A DNA stretch of 64,000 nucleotides from an uncultured Thermoplasmatales archaeon (lineage in GTDB: Archaea > Thermoplasmatota > E2 > UBA202 > DSCA01), in the NCBI GenBank assembly GCA_964514975.1, contig CAZESS010000004.1:46459-110458 (forward strand). Reading direction: 5' to 3'. This document shows positions 1 through 10,487 of this stretch, piece by piece (position 1 is the first letter of the stretch; every line of letters begins with the position of its first letter). The notes beneath the pieces were generated by a model. The model ran no database searches and was not told where the DNA came from. It saw only the letters and a program-made list of their open reading frames with translations. Both the position numbers and the translations under genes were made by a program.

Positions 1-298
1 TGCCTGCCGCCGCCTCTATCGTGGAGGGAACGTTGATGTCGATGTCCATGGCCCCGGCGAGAAGCATGGCGTTGAGGCGGGTGGCCGCGATGCCCATCAG
101 GTCGAGCCGGTGCTCCGACATGCCGAGCGCTCTCCCGGCCTTGATATAGCGTCGGGCGGTGGCGCCGCCGCCGGTGACCACGTAGAGCGCCATGTCATCC
201 GAGGCATGAGTGAGCAGGTCGCCGAGCTGCCGGAGCATCGCAACTTTGCTGGTGCCGAGCAGGGAGCCCCCGAGGGAGACGACCACGTTCATGGACAT
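1..298 (-). CDS. pyrH: UMP kinase, 5' part (runs off window start)
   Basis: Manual translation, not in ORF track: MSMNVVVSLGGSLL...LYVVTGGGATARRYIKAGRALG...LDLMGIAATRLNAMLL, matching archaeal UMP kinase motifs (SLGGS, GGGxxAR, DxxGIxxTRLNA). Start 298 or 292. Confidence 0.9.
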   Translation of the reverse strand, partial: MSMNVVVSLGGSLLGTSKVAMLRQLGDLLTHASDDMALYVVTGGGATARRYIKAGRALGMSEHRLDLMGIAATRLNAMLLAGAMDIDINVPSTIEAAAG

Positions 299-529
299 GT
301 AAGCACGAGGCTGTTAAAGCATTTTCGCGGGCATGCCCCCTGTATATGGGAGTTCGATTGGCGGGTGGCAGCAAACAAACCGTCGTGCATGCTCGATGAT
401 TTGTAGCCGTATCGCCCGTTGTTCGAGCATAATAGCGAAACAGGGCGTGTGCAGGCATCGTGATGACGCCTTCGGCAGGGTTGGCCATAACATTAATATT
501 CACTGGCTCTATTACCGGCTTGGATAATC

Positions 530-1429
530 ATGTATGAAATACGGTTTCACGGCAGAGGAGGCCAGGGTGGCCAGATGGCCGCTCAGACCTACGCGCTCGC
601 CGCCGTGCGGGAGGACAACTATGCTGTTTCCTTCCCGTTTTTTGGTGCGGAGCGACGTGGTGCGCCGGTCATGGCCTTCACCCGTGTCGACAAGGACCAG
701 ATACGGATAAAAACCCAGATCTATGAGCCCGACTACGTGGTCGTGCTCGACGAAACATTGCTGGACACCGTCGACGTGCTCAAGGGGCTGAAGGACGACG
801 GCATGGTGATCATCAACACCGACAAAGCACCGGATGAGGTCGAGCTGTCCCGGGAGGTCAACTGCGCAACCGTCGATGCAACATCGATAGCACTTGACAC
901 CCTCGGACGGGCGATTACCAACACGTCGATGCTCGGTGCGCTGGCCAAGGCGACGGGCGAGGTGTCCATCGAGTCCATCGAGGATGCGATCATGGAGAAG
1001 TTTGGCTCCAAGATGGGCGAAAAAATCGGCCGGAAGAACGCCGAGGCGGCCCGCCGTGCATACGAGGAGCTCGAAGTCGGCGTCTGCCAGGGCGGCAAGG
1101 AGTTCATGGCGCAGGAGGAATGGATGCCGACGGCGCAGGAGCTTCCACTGGGCGGCTCCGTGGGAACCCGGGAGACCGACGCCGGCCTGATTGGACCTGG
1201 CTCGTTCGTGAAGAACAAGACCGGTGACTGGCGGACGTTTATCCCCAGCATCGACGTGGACACCTGCATCGGCTGCCGGCAGTGCTGGTTTTACTGCCCG
1301 GAGGGATGTATTTCCATGGAAGACGGCAAGGCGGTCATCAACTTCGACTACTGCAAGGGATGCGGCATCTGCGCGGAGGAATGCCCCGTGGATGCCATCA
1401 CGATGAGCCGAGAGGTAAAGGAGGTGTAA
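530..1429 (+). CDS. 2-oxoacid:ferredoxin oxidoreductase, fused gamma + delta subunit
   Basis: N-terminal [11 protein letters not shown] and [10 protein letters not shown] (gamma); C-terminal KTGDWR plus two CxxCxxCxxxCP ferredoxin motifs (delta). Confidence 0.92.
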   Translation: MYEIRFHGRGGQGGQMAAQTYALAAVREDNYAVSFPFFGAERRGAPVMAFTRVDKDQIRIKTQIYEPDYVVVLDETLLDTVDVLKGLKDDGMVIINTDKAPDEVELSREVNCATVDATSIALDTLGRAITNTSMLGALAKATGEVSIESIEDAIMEKFGSKMGEKIGRKNAEAARRAYEELEVGVCQGGKEFMAQEEWMPTAQELPLGGSVGTRETDAGLIGPGSFVKNKTGDWRTFIPSIDVDTCIGCRQCWFYCPEGCISMEDGKAVINFDYCKGCGICAEECPVDAITMSREVKEV

Positions 1430-1433
1430 TAAA

Positions 1434-2630
1434 ATGGTACAACAGATTGAAAGTAAGAGAATGGTCGTCACGGGAGACTACAGCGCAGCATATGGAGCGC
1501 TCATATGCGACGTCGACGTCGTGGCTGCCTATCCGATTACGCCGCAGACGTTCATCGTCGAGGATTTCTCGGAGTTCGTCAACGATGGATTAACCGAGAC
1601 GGAGTTCGTCATGGTGGAATCCGAGCATTCCGCAATGTCGGCCTGTATCGCCGCGGAGGCAGCAGGCGCCCGCACCTTTACGGCGACGGCGTCGCAGGGC
1701 CTGGCCCTGATGCACGAGATGCTGTTCGTCGCGGCGGCGCTGCACATGCCCATCGTGATGCCCGTGGTCAACCGGACGGTCGCATCGCCCATTGGCATCT
1801 GGTGCGAATACAATGACACGATGCCGCAGCGTGACTCGGGATGGCTGCAGGTCTACTGCGAGAACAACCAGGAGGTGCTCGACATGGTCATCCAGTCCTA
1901 CAAGATCGCCGAGCACAGCGACGTGCTGCTGCCGGTGATGCCTTCTCTGGACGCATTTATTTTGTCGCATACCGTGGAGCCGGTCGATGCGCCTTCGACG
2001 GACGAGGTAGCAGACTTCCTGCCGCCCTACGAGCCCGAGGCAGTGCTGGACACGAAGAACCCGATGACCATCGGGTCGTTCGCGCCGCCCGAATACATCC
2101 AGGAGATACGGTGGCAGAACGAGCAGACCATGCAGAACGCCCGGAAGGTTATCCGTGACGTTAACGACGAGTTCGCAAAGGAGTTCGGACGCGACTACCA
2201 CGGCCTGATCGAGAAATATCGATGTGATGACGCGGATGTGGTGCTCATAACCATGGGCACCGTGACGGGGACGGCCCGCGACGTGGTCGACGAGATGCGC
2301 CAGGAGGGCAAAAAGGTCGGCCTGGTCAAGCTTCGGTTCTTCCGTCCGTTCCCCGCCGAGGAGCTGAAAGAGGTCGCCGAGGGCGTCGAGGCCATCGGGG
2401 TCTACGACCGCTCGATTTCGTTCAGCAGCGGCGGCCCGGCGTTTATCGAAACGAGGCATACGCTGTACGGCCATGACATCCCGATTGTGAACTTCCTGGC
2501 CGGTCTGGGCGGCAGAGATGTCGTCAAGGATGACGTGCGCACGATGTTCGAGAAGACATTGAAGGCAGCGAAGGAGGGCCAGCCCGAGAAAGAGGTTGTC
2601 TGGATCGGCACACGGGGGGTGGAAGCATGA
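1434..2630 (+). CDS. porA: Pyruvate/2-ketoisovalerate:ferredoxin oxidoreductase alpha subunit
   Basis: AYPITPQT, VESEHSAMS and TATASQGLALMHE motifs; operon context. Substrate (Por vs Vor) not resolvable. Confidence 0.9.
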   Translation: MVQQIESKRMVVTGDYSAAYGALICDVDVVAAYPITPQTFIVEDFSEFVNDGLTETEFVMVESEHSAMSACIAAEAAGARTFTATASQGLALMHEMLFVAAALHMPIVMPVVNRTVASPIGIWCEYNDTMPQRDSGWLQVYCENNQEVLDMVIQSYKIAEHSDVLLPVMPSLDAFILSHTVEPVDAPSTDEVADFLPPYEPEAVLDTKNPMTIGSFAPPEYIQEIRWQNEQTMQNARKVIRDVNDEFAKEFGRDYHGLIEKYRCDDADVVLITMGTVTGTARDVVDEMRQEGKKVGLVKLRFFRPFPAEELKEVAEGVEAIGVYDRSISFSSGGPAFIETRHTLYGHDIPIVNFLAGLGGRDVVKDDVRTMFEKTLKAAKEGQPEKEVVWIGTRGVEA

Positions 2631-3526
2631 GCCCGGGTATCAAGGACCTGCCCGAGGAAAACCTGTTCACCGAGGGACATACGGCCTGCCCCGGCTGCGG
2701 TGCCCCCATCGTGGTGCGCAACCTGATGAAGGTCCTCGGCGAGGACACCATCATCTACGCGCCGGCGAACTGCCTGCTGGTCTTCGGCGGCACCTATCCA
2801 AAGATAGCCTGGAAGATACCCTACCTGCACGAGGCGTTCGAGAACACCGGAGCCTGCATATCCGGCGTGACCCGCGCACTGCGCAAAAAGGGCAACGACC
2901 ACACCACGGTGCTGGGCGTGGCGGGCGACGGCGGCACCTACGACATCGGCATCCAGGCGTTGTCGGGTGCTGCGGAGCGAAACGAGGACGTCATCTATGT
3001 CTGCTACGACAACGAGGCCTACATGAACACGGGCATCCAGCGCTCCGGCTCGACGCCCTACGGCGCCGCGACGACCACGACCCCGGTCGGCAAAAAGATA
3101 CCGGGAAAGATGCGGCACAAGAAAAACATGCCGGAAATCATGCGCGCCCACGACATCCCGTATATGGCGACCGCGAGCATCTCGTATCCCAGGGATTTCC
3201 TCAACAAGGTAGAAAAAGCCCGCGACATGGATGGATTCCGCTACCTGCACATCTTTTCGCCCTGTCCGACCGGCTGGCGGCATGATCCCGCCAAGACCAT
3301 CGAGATGGGACGCCTGGCCGTCCAGAGCGGCATGTGGACGCTGTATGAAGCGGAGCATGGAGAGATAACGGACATCTACGAGCCCAAGAAAAAGATACCG
3401 GTGAAGGACTACATCGGCGAGCAGGGCCGCTTCCGTCATTTCAGCGAGGAGATGCTCGACACGCTGCAGCAGTGGACTGACCGCAAATGGAAGCGGATGT
3501 ACGGCTCCCTCCCCGACGAAGAATAA
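2627..3526 (+). CDS. porB: Pyruvate/2-ketoisovalerate:ferredoxin oxidoreductase beta subunit (TPP-binding)
   Basis: GHTACPGCG, GDGGTYDIG...YDNEAYMNTGIQRS TPP motif, SPCPTGW; ATGA overlap with alpha gene. Confidence 0.9.
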   Translation: MSPGIKDLPEENLFTEGHTACPGCGAPIVVRNLMKVLGEDTIIYAPANCLLVFGGTYPKIAWKIPYLHEAFENTGACISGVTRALRKKGNDHTTVLGVAGDGGTYDIGIQALSGAAERNEDVIYVCYDNEAYMNTGIQRSGSTPYGAATTTTPVGKKIPGKMRHKKNMPEIMRAHDIPYMATASISYPRDFLNKVEKARDMDGFRYLHIFSPCPTGWRHDPAKTIEMGRLAVQSGMWTLYEAEHGEITDIYEPKKKIPVKDYIGEQGRFRHFSEEMLDTLQQWTDRKWKRMYGSLPDEE

Positions 3527-3527
3527 G

Positions 3528-3572
3528 CCTTTCCCCATCCCTTTTTTCCTCTCCGTTTTTTTTTTATCTCCT
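3528..3572 (+). terminator. Oligo-T / pyrimidine-rich archaeal terminator
   Basis: ctttccccatcccttttttcctctccgttttttttttatctcc directly after the beta-subunit stop, between convergent genes. Confidence 0.6.
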
Positions 3573-3573
3573 G

Positions 3574-4329
3574 TTATACCAGCCCTGTCTCTATAGTGCC
3601 GGCTGCCATCAGCATCGCTACGAGCAGGGGCTGGTGTACCAGGTAGATTGCCAGGGAATGCTGGCCCATCCATGCGAGGAGGCCCGTCATCGGCCGCGTG
3701 GTAAAATCAGGCAGCGGGAAACGTCGCTCCCCGCCGGGATATAGCGCCCCGCCGAGAAACACGCCGAGGAGGACGACGCCAAGCCAGGGCAACAATGGAA
3801 AATAGTCAAACATGTACATGTCACCCGTCCTGACGCCAAGCCAGAGCAGCAGATTCGTGTTCGCCTCGGCGCTGCTCACCACGATGCCAGCGGCGATACA
3901 TGCCAGGCCAAATGGCAGCGCCAGCCAGCGACGGCACAGCACCGGGTATACAAGGATGATGGACAGGCCGATGCAGTGCAGGATACCAAACAAAATGATG
4001 CCGTCGGGCAGAAACAGCCACGTCACCACCGTTATCGCCATGCCATACAAAAAAATGCGAGCGCCCCGCCGCACATATTTCAACGGCAGCTCCATCCCGT
4101 CGAGGTGACATCTGGCCCGGCTGTAGCTCAACGTTAAGGAGACGCCGACGAGGAGGAGGAACAGCGATGCGGTCGCCTGCGCGAAGCCACGCCAAAACCC
4201 CGATGTGGCACCGATGCCCGCGCTGCCGAAATGGTCGAGGTCGTAGACCACGTGGAACGTGACCATCATCAGGATGGCGACGCCCCGCGCTGCGTCGATC
4301 TCCCGATATCGGCGGCTGCCCGCAGCCAT
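3574..4329 (-). CDS. DUF1624 / HGSNAT-like membrane protein
   Basis: RYREIDAARGVAILMMVTFH, FGILHCIG, DYFPLLPWLG and GQHSLAIYLVHQP motifs; multiple TM helices. Confidence 0.85.
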   Translation of the reverse strand: MAAGSRRYREIDAARGVAILMMVTFHVVYDLDHFGSAGIGATSGFWRGFAQATASLFLLLVGVSLTLSYSRARCHLDGMELPLKYVRRGARIFLYGMAITVVTWLFLPDGIILFGILHCIGLSIILVYPVLCRRWLALPFGLACIAAGIVVSSAEANTNLLLWLGVRTGDMYMFDYFPLLPWLGVVLLGVFLGGALYPGGERRFPLPDFTTRPMTGLLAWMGQHSLAIYLVHQPLLVAMLMAAGTIETGLV

Positions 4330-4417
4330 CGTCACCGTAGCCGAAGGCGATATTTAACCATGTGGCCGTATGGAGCGCTGCAAAAAGATTATATAAAGCG
4401 AGGGTTTTGTCCGAATC

Positions 4418-6454
4418 GTGGCAGAAGAACAGGAAGAACTGAAGGAGCAGCTTCCACCCATAGATACATGGATGCAGGAGCAGGACGTCGAAACGTCGGA
4501 TGACATCGAGATACCCGATACGTTGATGGAGCAGGTCATCGGACAGGATCATGCCGTCGAAGTCGTCCGGCAGGCCGCCCGGCAGAAGCGCCATATCATG
4601 CTCATCGGCGACCCGGGCACCGGCAAATCGATGATAGCCCGGGCGATGACCGAGTTCCTGCCGACCGAGGAGCTCGAGGACATCCTCACCTATCCAAACC
4701 AGGACGACCCCAACACGCCTCGGGTGCGCATCGTTCCCGCCGGCAAGGGCAAGGACATCGTCGACGCGATGAAGGCCGAGGCCCGAAAGCGCAAGCAGCA
4801 GCAGTCCCAGATGATGGCCACCATCCTCGCACTCATCGTCGGCGGTGCCATCATCGGCGCCATCGTCACCGGTGAGCTCACCATCGCCCTGTTCGGCATC
4901 ATCGCCGCGGCGATGATATATCTCATCGGGATGCGCGGCGGCATGATGCAGAATCAGGAGGAAAAGGACGTGCCCAAGCTCCTTGTGTCACATGAAGACG
5001 AGGACTCGCCGCCGTTTGTCGACGCGACGGCCGCACATTCGGGGGCGTTGCTCGGCGACGTTCGCCATGACCCGTTTCAGGCGGGCGGCCTTGAGACGCC
5101 GCCGCATCTGCGCGTTGAGGCAGGCGCCATCCACAAGTCACATCGCGGGGTCCTGTACATCGACGAGATCAACACGTTGAGCCTGCCGTCACAGCAGCAC
5201 CTTTTGACGGCGATCCAGGAAGAGGAATTCCAGATCACCGGGCAGTCGGAGCGGAGCAGCGGCGCCATGGTGAAGACAGAGTCGGTGCCCTGCGATTTCA
5301 TTCTGGTCTGTGCGGGCAACCTCGACGCCGTCGAGGGGATGCATCCCGCATTGCGGAGCCGCATCCGGGGCTACGGCTACGAGATATATATCAAGAGCGA
5401 CATGGAGGACAACGACGAAAACCGGACGAAGCTCATCCGATTCGTCGCGCAGGAGGTCGCCAAGGATGGCCAGATCCCGCATTTCGACCGGGCGGCCATC
5501 ACCGAGATCATCCGGGAGGCACAGCGCCGGGCCGGCCGGAAGGGAAAGCTGTCGCTTCGCCTGCGTGAGCTCGGCGGGCTCGTCCGGGCGTCGGGTGACC
5601 TCGCCATCAGGGAGGAGGCGGACATCGTGACCGCCGATCATGTCGTCAGGGCGAAAGAGCTTTCCTCGTCGCTTGAGCAGCAGGTGGCTGAGCGCTACCT
5701 GCAGAAAAAGAAGACCTATCAGTCGTTCAAGACCATGGGCGCCGAGATCGGCACGGTGAACGGCCTCGCCGTTATGTCCGCCGACCCGTCTATGAGCGAG
5801 TTCGCGGGCCTGATTTTGCCGATCGTCGCCGAGGTCACCCCTGCCGGCTCCAAGTCGGAGGGCAAGATCATCGCCACGGGGCGCCTGGGAGAAATTGCCA
5901 GTGAGGCGGTGCAGAACGTCTCCGCCATCCTCAAAAAATACATGGGAAAAGACATTTCGAAGCGCGATATCCACATCCAGTTCGTCGGCACCTATGAGGG
6001 TGTGGAGGGTGACTCCGCCTCGATTTCTGTTGCAACGGCGGTCATCTCGGCGATGGAAAACGTGCCACTGTCACAGGAGGTCGGCATGACCGGGTCATTG
6101 AGCGTCCACGGCGCCGTGCTGCCCGTCGGCGGCGTCACCGCGAAGATAGAGGCAGCGGCCAAGGTCGGCCTGAAAAAGGTGCTCATCCCGCGGGCGAACA
6201 TGCAGGACGTGCTCATCGAGGACAAGTACAAGGACCAGATAGAGATCGTGCCCGTTGAAACATTGAAGGACGTGCTGGACAACGTGCTGGTCGGCGGCAA
6301 AAAGGACGGGTTGATGCAGAAGCTCGAGAAGCTGCAGCCGTCGGTGGTCAGCAAGGTCGACCTGGAGTCGGAGCGGGCAACGAGCAAGGTACCCCGCACG
6401 GGAAAACAGCAGGGGCAGCCGCAGAGTGCCTCCAGCAATGATGGCGAGGGCTAG
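4418..6454 (+). CDS. lonB: Membrane-anchored archaeal Lon protease (LonB)
   Basis: Walker [11 protein letters not shown] hairpin inside the ATPase domain, LYIDEI Walker B, catalytic EGDSASIS and [12 protein letters not shown]. Confidence 0.95.
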   Translation: MAEEQEELKEQLPPIDTWMQEQDVETSDDIEIPDTLMEQVIGQDHAVEVVRQAARQKRHIMLIGDPGTGKSMIARAMTEFLPTEELEDILTYPNQDDPNTPRVRIVPAGKGKDIVDAMKAEARKRKQQQSQMMATILALIVGGAIIGAIVTGELTIALFGIIAAAMIYLIGMRGGMMQNQEEKDVPKLLVSHEDEDSPPFVDATAAHSGALLGDVRHDPFQAGGLETPPHLRVEAGAIHKSHRGVLYIDEINTLSLPSQQHLLTAIQEEEFQITGQSERSSGAMVKTESVPCDFILVCAGNLDAVEGMHPALRSRIRGYGYEIYIKSDMEDNDENRTKLIRFVAQEVAKDGQIPHFDRAAITEIIREAQRRAGRKGKLSLRLRELGGLVRASGDLAIREEADIVTADHVVRAKELSSSLEQQVAERYLQKKKTYQSFKTMGAEIGTVNGLAVMSADPSMSEFAGLILPIVAEVTPAGSKSEGKIIATGRLGEIASEAVQNVSAILKKYMGKDISKRDIHIQFVGTYEGVEGDSASISVATAVISAMENVPLSQEVGMTGSLSVHGAVLPVGGVTAKIEAAAKVGLKKVLIPRANMQDVLIEDKYKDQIEIVPVETLKDVLDNVLVGGKKDGLMQKLEKLQPSVVSKVDLESERATSKVPRTGKQQGQPQSASSNDGEG

Positions 6455-7731
6455 CTCACCCAGCCGGGGCCGACCTGCGCCATAATATTTGTCCGTGTCG
6501 TCGTGAAATCGATGTCGTAGCTGTCATCGGCCGCGGGGCCATGCAGTGTGAGGGCGACCGCGCTGGATGTGTTGGTAAGGGTGTAGGACGATGCGCCAAG
6601 GTTTGCCCGGGTGAGCGTATTGTTCAGATAGCGATACCAGGCAGCGACATGCTTGGTGGCGATGGTAATGGTGATGTTGCTGGCGATGTATTCCTGTTCC
6701 TGCATGGAGGAATAGTTGGTTTTGATGGAATAGGTGCCGTAGCCGCTCACGCTGGTCTTACCCGCCAGGCCGGTGACGTCGACCATGCCGAGGCTGACCA
6801 TATGCGTTGGGTCGCCGCCCGTGGTATCGTTTTGTATCGAAAGCGCCGGCGCTGATATGACGGCCTGACCCTGGCTCTGGGTGAGGATGACGGCACCGCC
6901 CTCGTAGACATAGGTCTGGTCGACGAAGTAGGCGTTTTCGGAGCTGTATTCGATGGTGCCCATGCGGATGGTTCTGCCGATGGAGCCCCCGGGGTCGTAG
7001 CGGCTGCCGGTCATGACGAATGCGCCGCCGTTGGTGTTCGAGCTGTCGAACGACATGGTGAACGGTGTCGACAGGAAGGGCAGGATACGGGTGGAAAACC
7101 GGTATCCGTCGTCGAGCAGGTTTACAATGTAGCTCGCGTTTTTGGGAATCCATGCCACCGGCTGTTTGTAGACGGGGACCGCCGACAGGTTGGACACCCG
7201 GAGGTCGAGCTGCCAGAAGTCAGCAGAGAAGCTCGACACGGTCACGTTGACATATGCGGTGCCCGTCGACGCGTTGAAGTAGTCACCGCTGTAGAGATTG
7301 CTTCCATGGAGCTGGAGGTCGAAGGAGCTGAGGGAGCGAACGTTGGTCAGGTTGCCACCGGTTTTTTCGACGTTGGACATGCCCGTGGAGGAGAGCCCGT
7401 CCCCTGCTATGTCCACCTGGAAGCCGCTGTTCGCCGTTGAAAGGATGCTCAGGGACCCAAAGGCGCGGGCTGACACGAAAAACGGGAGCTCTTTGCTGCC
7501 GAGGGTGATGGAGTTGATGAGAGACATGTCCCGCTGCGCCATCGTCTCGATGTCTATCGAGGCTTTTATCTGGGAGAACTGGTTGGCAACGGTGTCCATG
7601 TGCTCTGCCTCCCGGTCCTTCATCCAGTTGGGGACATAGTATACCTGGACGAGGACGATGACCGCGACGAACAGGCTCACCATCAGGATAGCGACGACGA
7701 CGCCGACCTGTCCGCGCTCGTTTTTTTCCAT
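6451..7731 (-). CDS. Type IV pilin-like surface protein with class III signal peptide
   Basis: Start reassigned to 7731: MEKNERG|[27 protein letters not shown] (charged leader, G cleavage site, hydrophobic helix), then S/T/N-rich beta domains; TATA-like TTTAAA ~25 nt upstream. Confidence 0.72.
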   Translation of the reverse strand: MEKNERGQVGVVVAILMVSLFVAVIVLVQVYYVPNWMKDREAEHMDTVANQFSQIKASIDIETMAQRDMSLINSITLGSKELPFFVSARAFGSLSILSTANSGFQVDIAGDGLSSTGMSNVEKTGGNLTNVRSLSSFDLQLHGSNLYSGDYFNASTGTAYVNVTVSSFSADFWQLDLRVSNLSAVPVYKQPVAWIPKNASYIVNLLDDGYRFSTRILPFLSTPFTMSFDSSNTNGGAFVMTGSRYDPGGSIGRTIRMGTIEYSSENAYFVDQTYVYEGGAVILTQSQGQAVISAPALSIQNDTTGGDPTHMVSLGMVDVTGLAGKTSVSGYGTYSIKTNYSSMQEQEYIASNITITIATKHVAAWYRYLNNTLTRANLGASSYTLTNTSSAVALTLHGPAADDSYDIDFTTTRTNIMAQVGPGWVS

Positions 7732-7749
7732 CGGGGAAATAACCGCCCC

Positions 7750-7775
7750 TGGTTTAAATAAGTTTATGAAAAATT
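7750..7775 (-). promoter_or_regulatory. Putative TATA promoter for the 7731 gene
   Basis: Minus strand reads TTTTTCATAAACTTATTTAAACC, ending ~20 nt before ATG 7731, consistent with a short-leader archaeal transcript. Confidence 0.45.
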
Positions 7776-7811
7776 TGCTGTCTGCATCTGGCTCGCCGTG
7801 TTCCCGGTGTT

Positions 7812-10487
7812 TCATGACAGCATCCCCCGTCTGAACATGAGGTATATGGTCGCCCCAGCACCGATGATTGCGACGGCGGCGCCGATGATGAGCCAGGAGG
7901 GTCCACCGCTGTCGTCGTCTCCTCCGGGGACGGAAAACTGCATGGTTTGTTGGTTGTTGTCCTCGTTTTGCTCGTGGATGTCATCGTTCGGGTCGACATC
8001 CGCTTTGAGCGTGTGGGTTCCGGCGGTGACGTTGACGGCCTGCGTATGCTCTACCTGGCCGCCGGCTTCGATGGAGGGCAGCATGATGGAGGCTATCACT
8101 GTGTCGTCCATGATGATGTCCAGCGATGTCTGGTTTGCATTTCCGGTTCCGTTGTTGGCCACGGTGACGGTGACCTGAACCGTGTCACCGGCGTCCGGTG
8201 ATGCAGGGGTCATGGCCAGGCCGGCGAGTATGAGGTCGGGCTGCAATGGCTCCGGCGCTGCCACGGATATCTCCGTGCTTGTTTCGTCGGTCATGCCGTC
8301 GTTGTCCGTCACGGACAGCGTGACCGTGTAGGTGCCGTCTTCGCTGTAGCTATGCGACGGATTCTCCTGGATGGCAGTGGCGCCGTCTCCGTAGCTCCAC
8401 TGCCATGCGGTGATGCTGCCGTCGGGGTCGCTGCTCTGGTCGGTAAACGTCACGGTGCGGCCGTCCATGCTGTATGAGAAGGTAGCGGTGGGCGGCCTGG
8501 GCTCCGGAGGCGGAGGCGTGGGCTCCTGCCGGACCATGAAGCTCCATGTGTCCGATTGGGTGGCGGCGGCGCCGTCGTCGGCGACCGCATACCAGCGATA
8601 TGTGGCGGCGTAGCTCAGGCCGCTCCATGTCACGCTGGCCGTATCACCGCTGGCAACGGCGGCTACAGACTCTATTTCGCTGCCGACATCCGTGTAAAAC
8701 GTGACATCCATACTGTCTCCATCGGGGTCGAATACCGTGACCTGCAGGGTAACCGTCCGCGCCGTGCCGCTCGCCCCATCATTCGGCGAGGGATTGGACG
8801 GCTGCTCTGGCGGCTCGTTCACCGGCATGGTCTCGGTGGTAAACATCCATGCCTGGGAGGTAGTGGCGTTGCGGCCGTCGTCGGCGACCGCATACCAGCG
8901 ATATGTAGCGGCGTAGCTCAGGCCGCTCCATGTCACGCTGGCCATGGTGCCGCTGACCACGTCGGATATTGTATCGATGATGTCGTCGTTGCTGGCATCG
9001 TGAAAGGTGACATTCATCGAGTCGCCGTCCTGGTCCGCAACCGAAACCTGCAGTACAGCGTTCCGGGATACATTGTTCGCTCCATCATCCGGCGAGGGGT
9101 CGGATGGCTGCTCCGGCGGATTGTTGGCCGTTACCGTGACATCCCGCCGGGTTGTGTTAATCGCCCCGTCGTCATCGGTGACCGTCAGGGCGACCGTGTA
9201 GGTGTCGGCATGCTCATAGACATGCGTGGGGTGCTGCTCATGGGCGGTGGTACCGTCGCCGAAATCCCATGTCCAGTTGACGATGTCGCCGTCGTCGGTG
9301 CTCTCGTCGGTGAACGCAACCGGGTGTCCCGCACGGGGTTCCACCGGGGTATAGGAAAAATGTGCGGTGGGTGGCGGACTGGCAATTGTGAGCATCGCCG
9401 TGGTGGTGTTCGTCAGCCCGTCGTCGTCCGTCACGGACAGCGTCACCGTCTGGTTTCCCATTGCCTGATACCGATGGGTGACAACGGTGCCCGTATCGCC
9501 GGCGCCGTCTCCAAATGCCCAGGTGTAAGCGACGATGTCGCCGTCGGGGTCGCTGCTGTTCGCTGCGTCGAAGGTAACGGTCTCGTTTTTCACGGGCATC
9601 CGGGGATGCCATGCAAACGACGCCGTCGGCGCAACCGGCGAGGTAGACTCAAGGAGCACCTGTGCATTCCGGACATATACGGGTATCTCCTGTGCTGCCG
9701 TGTCGCTCAGGGTGACGTTCGAGATGTTGAGGTAACAGAGAGCGCCCTCGGTCCTGGGACTGAAGTGCAGCGTGGCGATATGGCCGCTCCCGGTTGTGTT
9801 TGTCCGGCCGACGAGGTGTACGATGCCGTCCTCCTGGCTCAGGGTGACGGATACCGGCGCGCCGTCGATTGAGCCATTGTCTGCCCCGGTGAACGACAGC
9901 AGGACGGGATCGTAGTGCAGGTCGAGGTTTACGCTGCTGAGGTTGGTGACGTTGGAAACATTGATGGATGCATCGAAGGCTCCCTGCACGGTCTCGGGTG
10001 CCTGTACCTCGAGCAGCGTGCCGGCAACGGTAACCCGATGGCCATGCCACGATGCCGGTATCTCCTGGCCGTCTCCATCGCTCAGGTTTCCCTCGATATC
10101 GAGGTCCGAATGGCCTGCTGCGGTGCAGGAAAACATTACCGTGGCGAGATAGCCGGAGCCGTTGACCGGCTGCAATCCCATGTCGTTGACGATGTGCAGC
10201 ACGCCGTCGTGCACGCTCGCGCTGGTCGGCACATCGGTGCCGTTGACGCTGCCGTTTTCGACCGATGCGACCGTGAGATATGAGGCGTTGTAGGAAACGG
10301 TAACGCTGGCCGCGTTGAATCCGGTCAGCTCTGACACTGATATCTGCACCGAGATGTTCTGGCCGAGCAGCGCCATGTCCGGTCCCGCCAGGGACACCGA
10401 TGGCTGCCCTTCGCCGGCGGCGGGCACGGCGGCGCCGATGGTCATGATGCAGCATGCACAGGCCAGCAGCGCAGCAACCTGTTTCAT
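7812..10487 (-). CDS. Membrane-anchored scaffoldin-like protein: 2x cohesin, 3x PKD, 2x Ig/Fn3-like repeats, CARDB, C-terminal TM anchor
   Basis: Signal peptide; two cohesin-like units (ISVQISVSELTGFNAASVTVSYNASYLTVASVENG; FDASINVSNVTNLSSVNLDLHYDPVLLSFTG...IATLHF); PKD WxFGDG...VTLxVTDDDG; CARDB PDL...VDPNDDIHEQNEDNN; TM helix followed by RR. Confidence 0.8.
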   Translation of the reverse strand: MKQVAALLACACCIMTIGAAVPAAGEGQPSVSLAGPDMALLGQNISVQISVSELTGFNAASVTVSYNASYLTVASVENGSVNGTDVPTSASVHDGVLHIVNDMGLQPVNGSGYLATVMFSCTAAGHSDLDIEGNLSDGDGQEIPASWHGHRVTVAGTLLEVQAPETVQGAFDASINVSNVTNLSSVNLDLHYDPVLLSFTGADNGSIDGAPVSVTLSQEDGIVHLVGRTNTTGSGHIATLHFSPRTEGALCYLNISNVTLSDTAAQEIPVYVRNAQVLLESTSPVAPTASFAWHPRMPVKNETVTFDAANSSDPDGDIVAYTWAFGDGAGDTGTVVTHRYQAMGNQTVTLSVTDDDGLTNTTTAMLTIASPPPTAHFSYTPVEPRAGHPVAFTDESTDDGDIVNWTWDFGDGTTAHEQHPTHVYEHADTYTVALTVTDDDGAINTTRRDVTVTANNPPEQPSDPSPDDGANNVSRNAVLQVSVADQDGDSMNVTFHDASNDDIIDTISDVVSGTMASVTWSGLSYAATYRWYAVADDGRNATTSQAWMFTTETMPVNEPPEQPSNPSPNDGASGTARTVTLQVTVFDPDGDSMDVTFYTDVGSEIESVAAVASGDTASVTWSGLSYAATYRWYAVADDGAAATQSDTWSFMVRQEPTPPPPEPRPPTATFSYSMDGRTVTFTDQSSDPDGSITAWQWSYGDGATAIQENPSHSYSEDGTYTVTLSVTDNDGMTDETSTEISVAAPEPLQPDLILAGLAMTPASPDAGDTVQVTVTVANNGTGNANQTSLDIIMDDTVIASIMLPSIEAGGQVEHTQAVNVTAGTHTLKADVDPNDDIHEQNEDNNQQTMQFSVPGGDDDSGGPSWLIIGAAVAIIGAGATIYLMFRRGMLS
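8571..8943. repeat. 70-bp near-identical intragenic direct repeat (8571-8640 / 8874-8943)
   Basis: Offset 303 bp, one mismatch seen; encodes ASVTWSGLSYAATYRWYAVADDG in both Ig-like repeats. Confidence 0.85.

Noticed and set aside
389-430. 8-bp inverted repeat ATGCTCGA/TCGAGCAT upstream of the oxidoreductase operon
   Set aside because: Short, with a 26-bp spacer; could arise by chance and has no supporting evidence as an operator.
7732-7815. ORF-track N-terminal extension of the 6451 gene
   Set aside because: The extension spans an AT-rich TATA-like element and would bury the class III signal peptide; 7731 is the better start.
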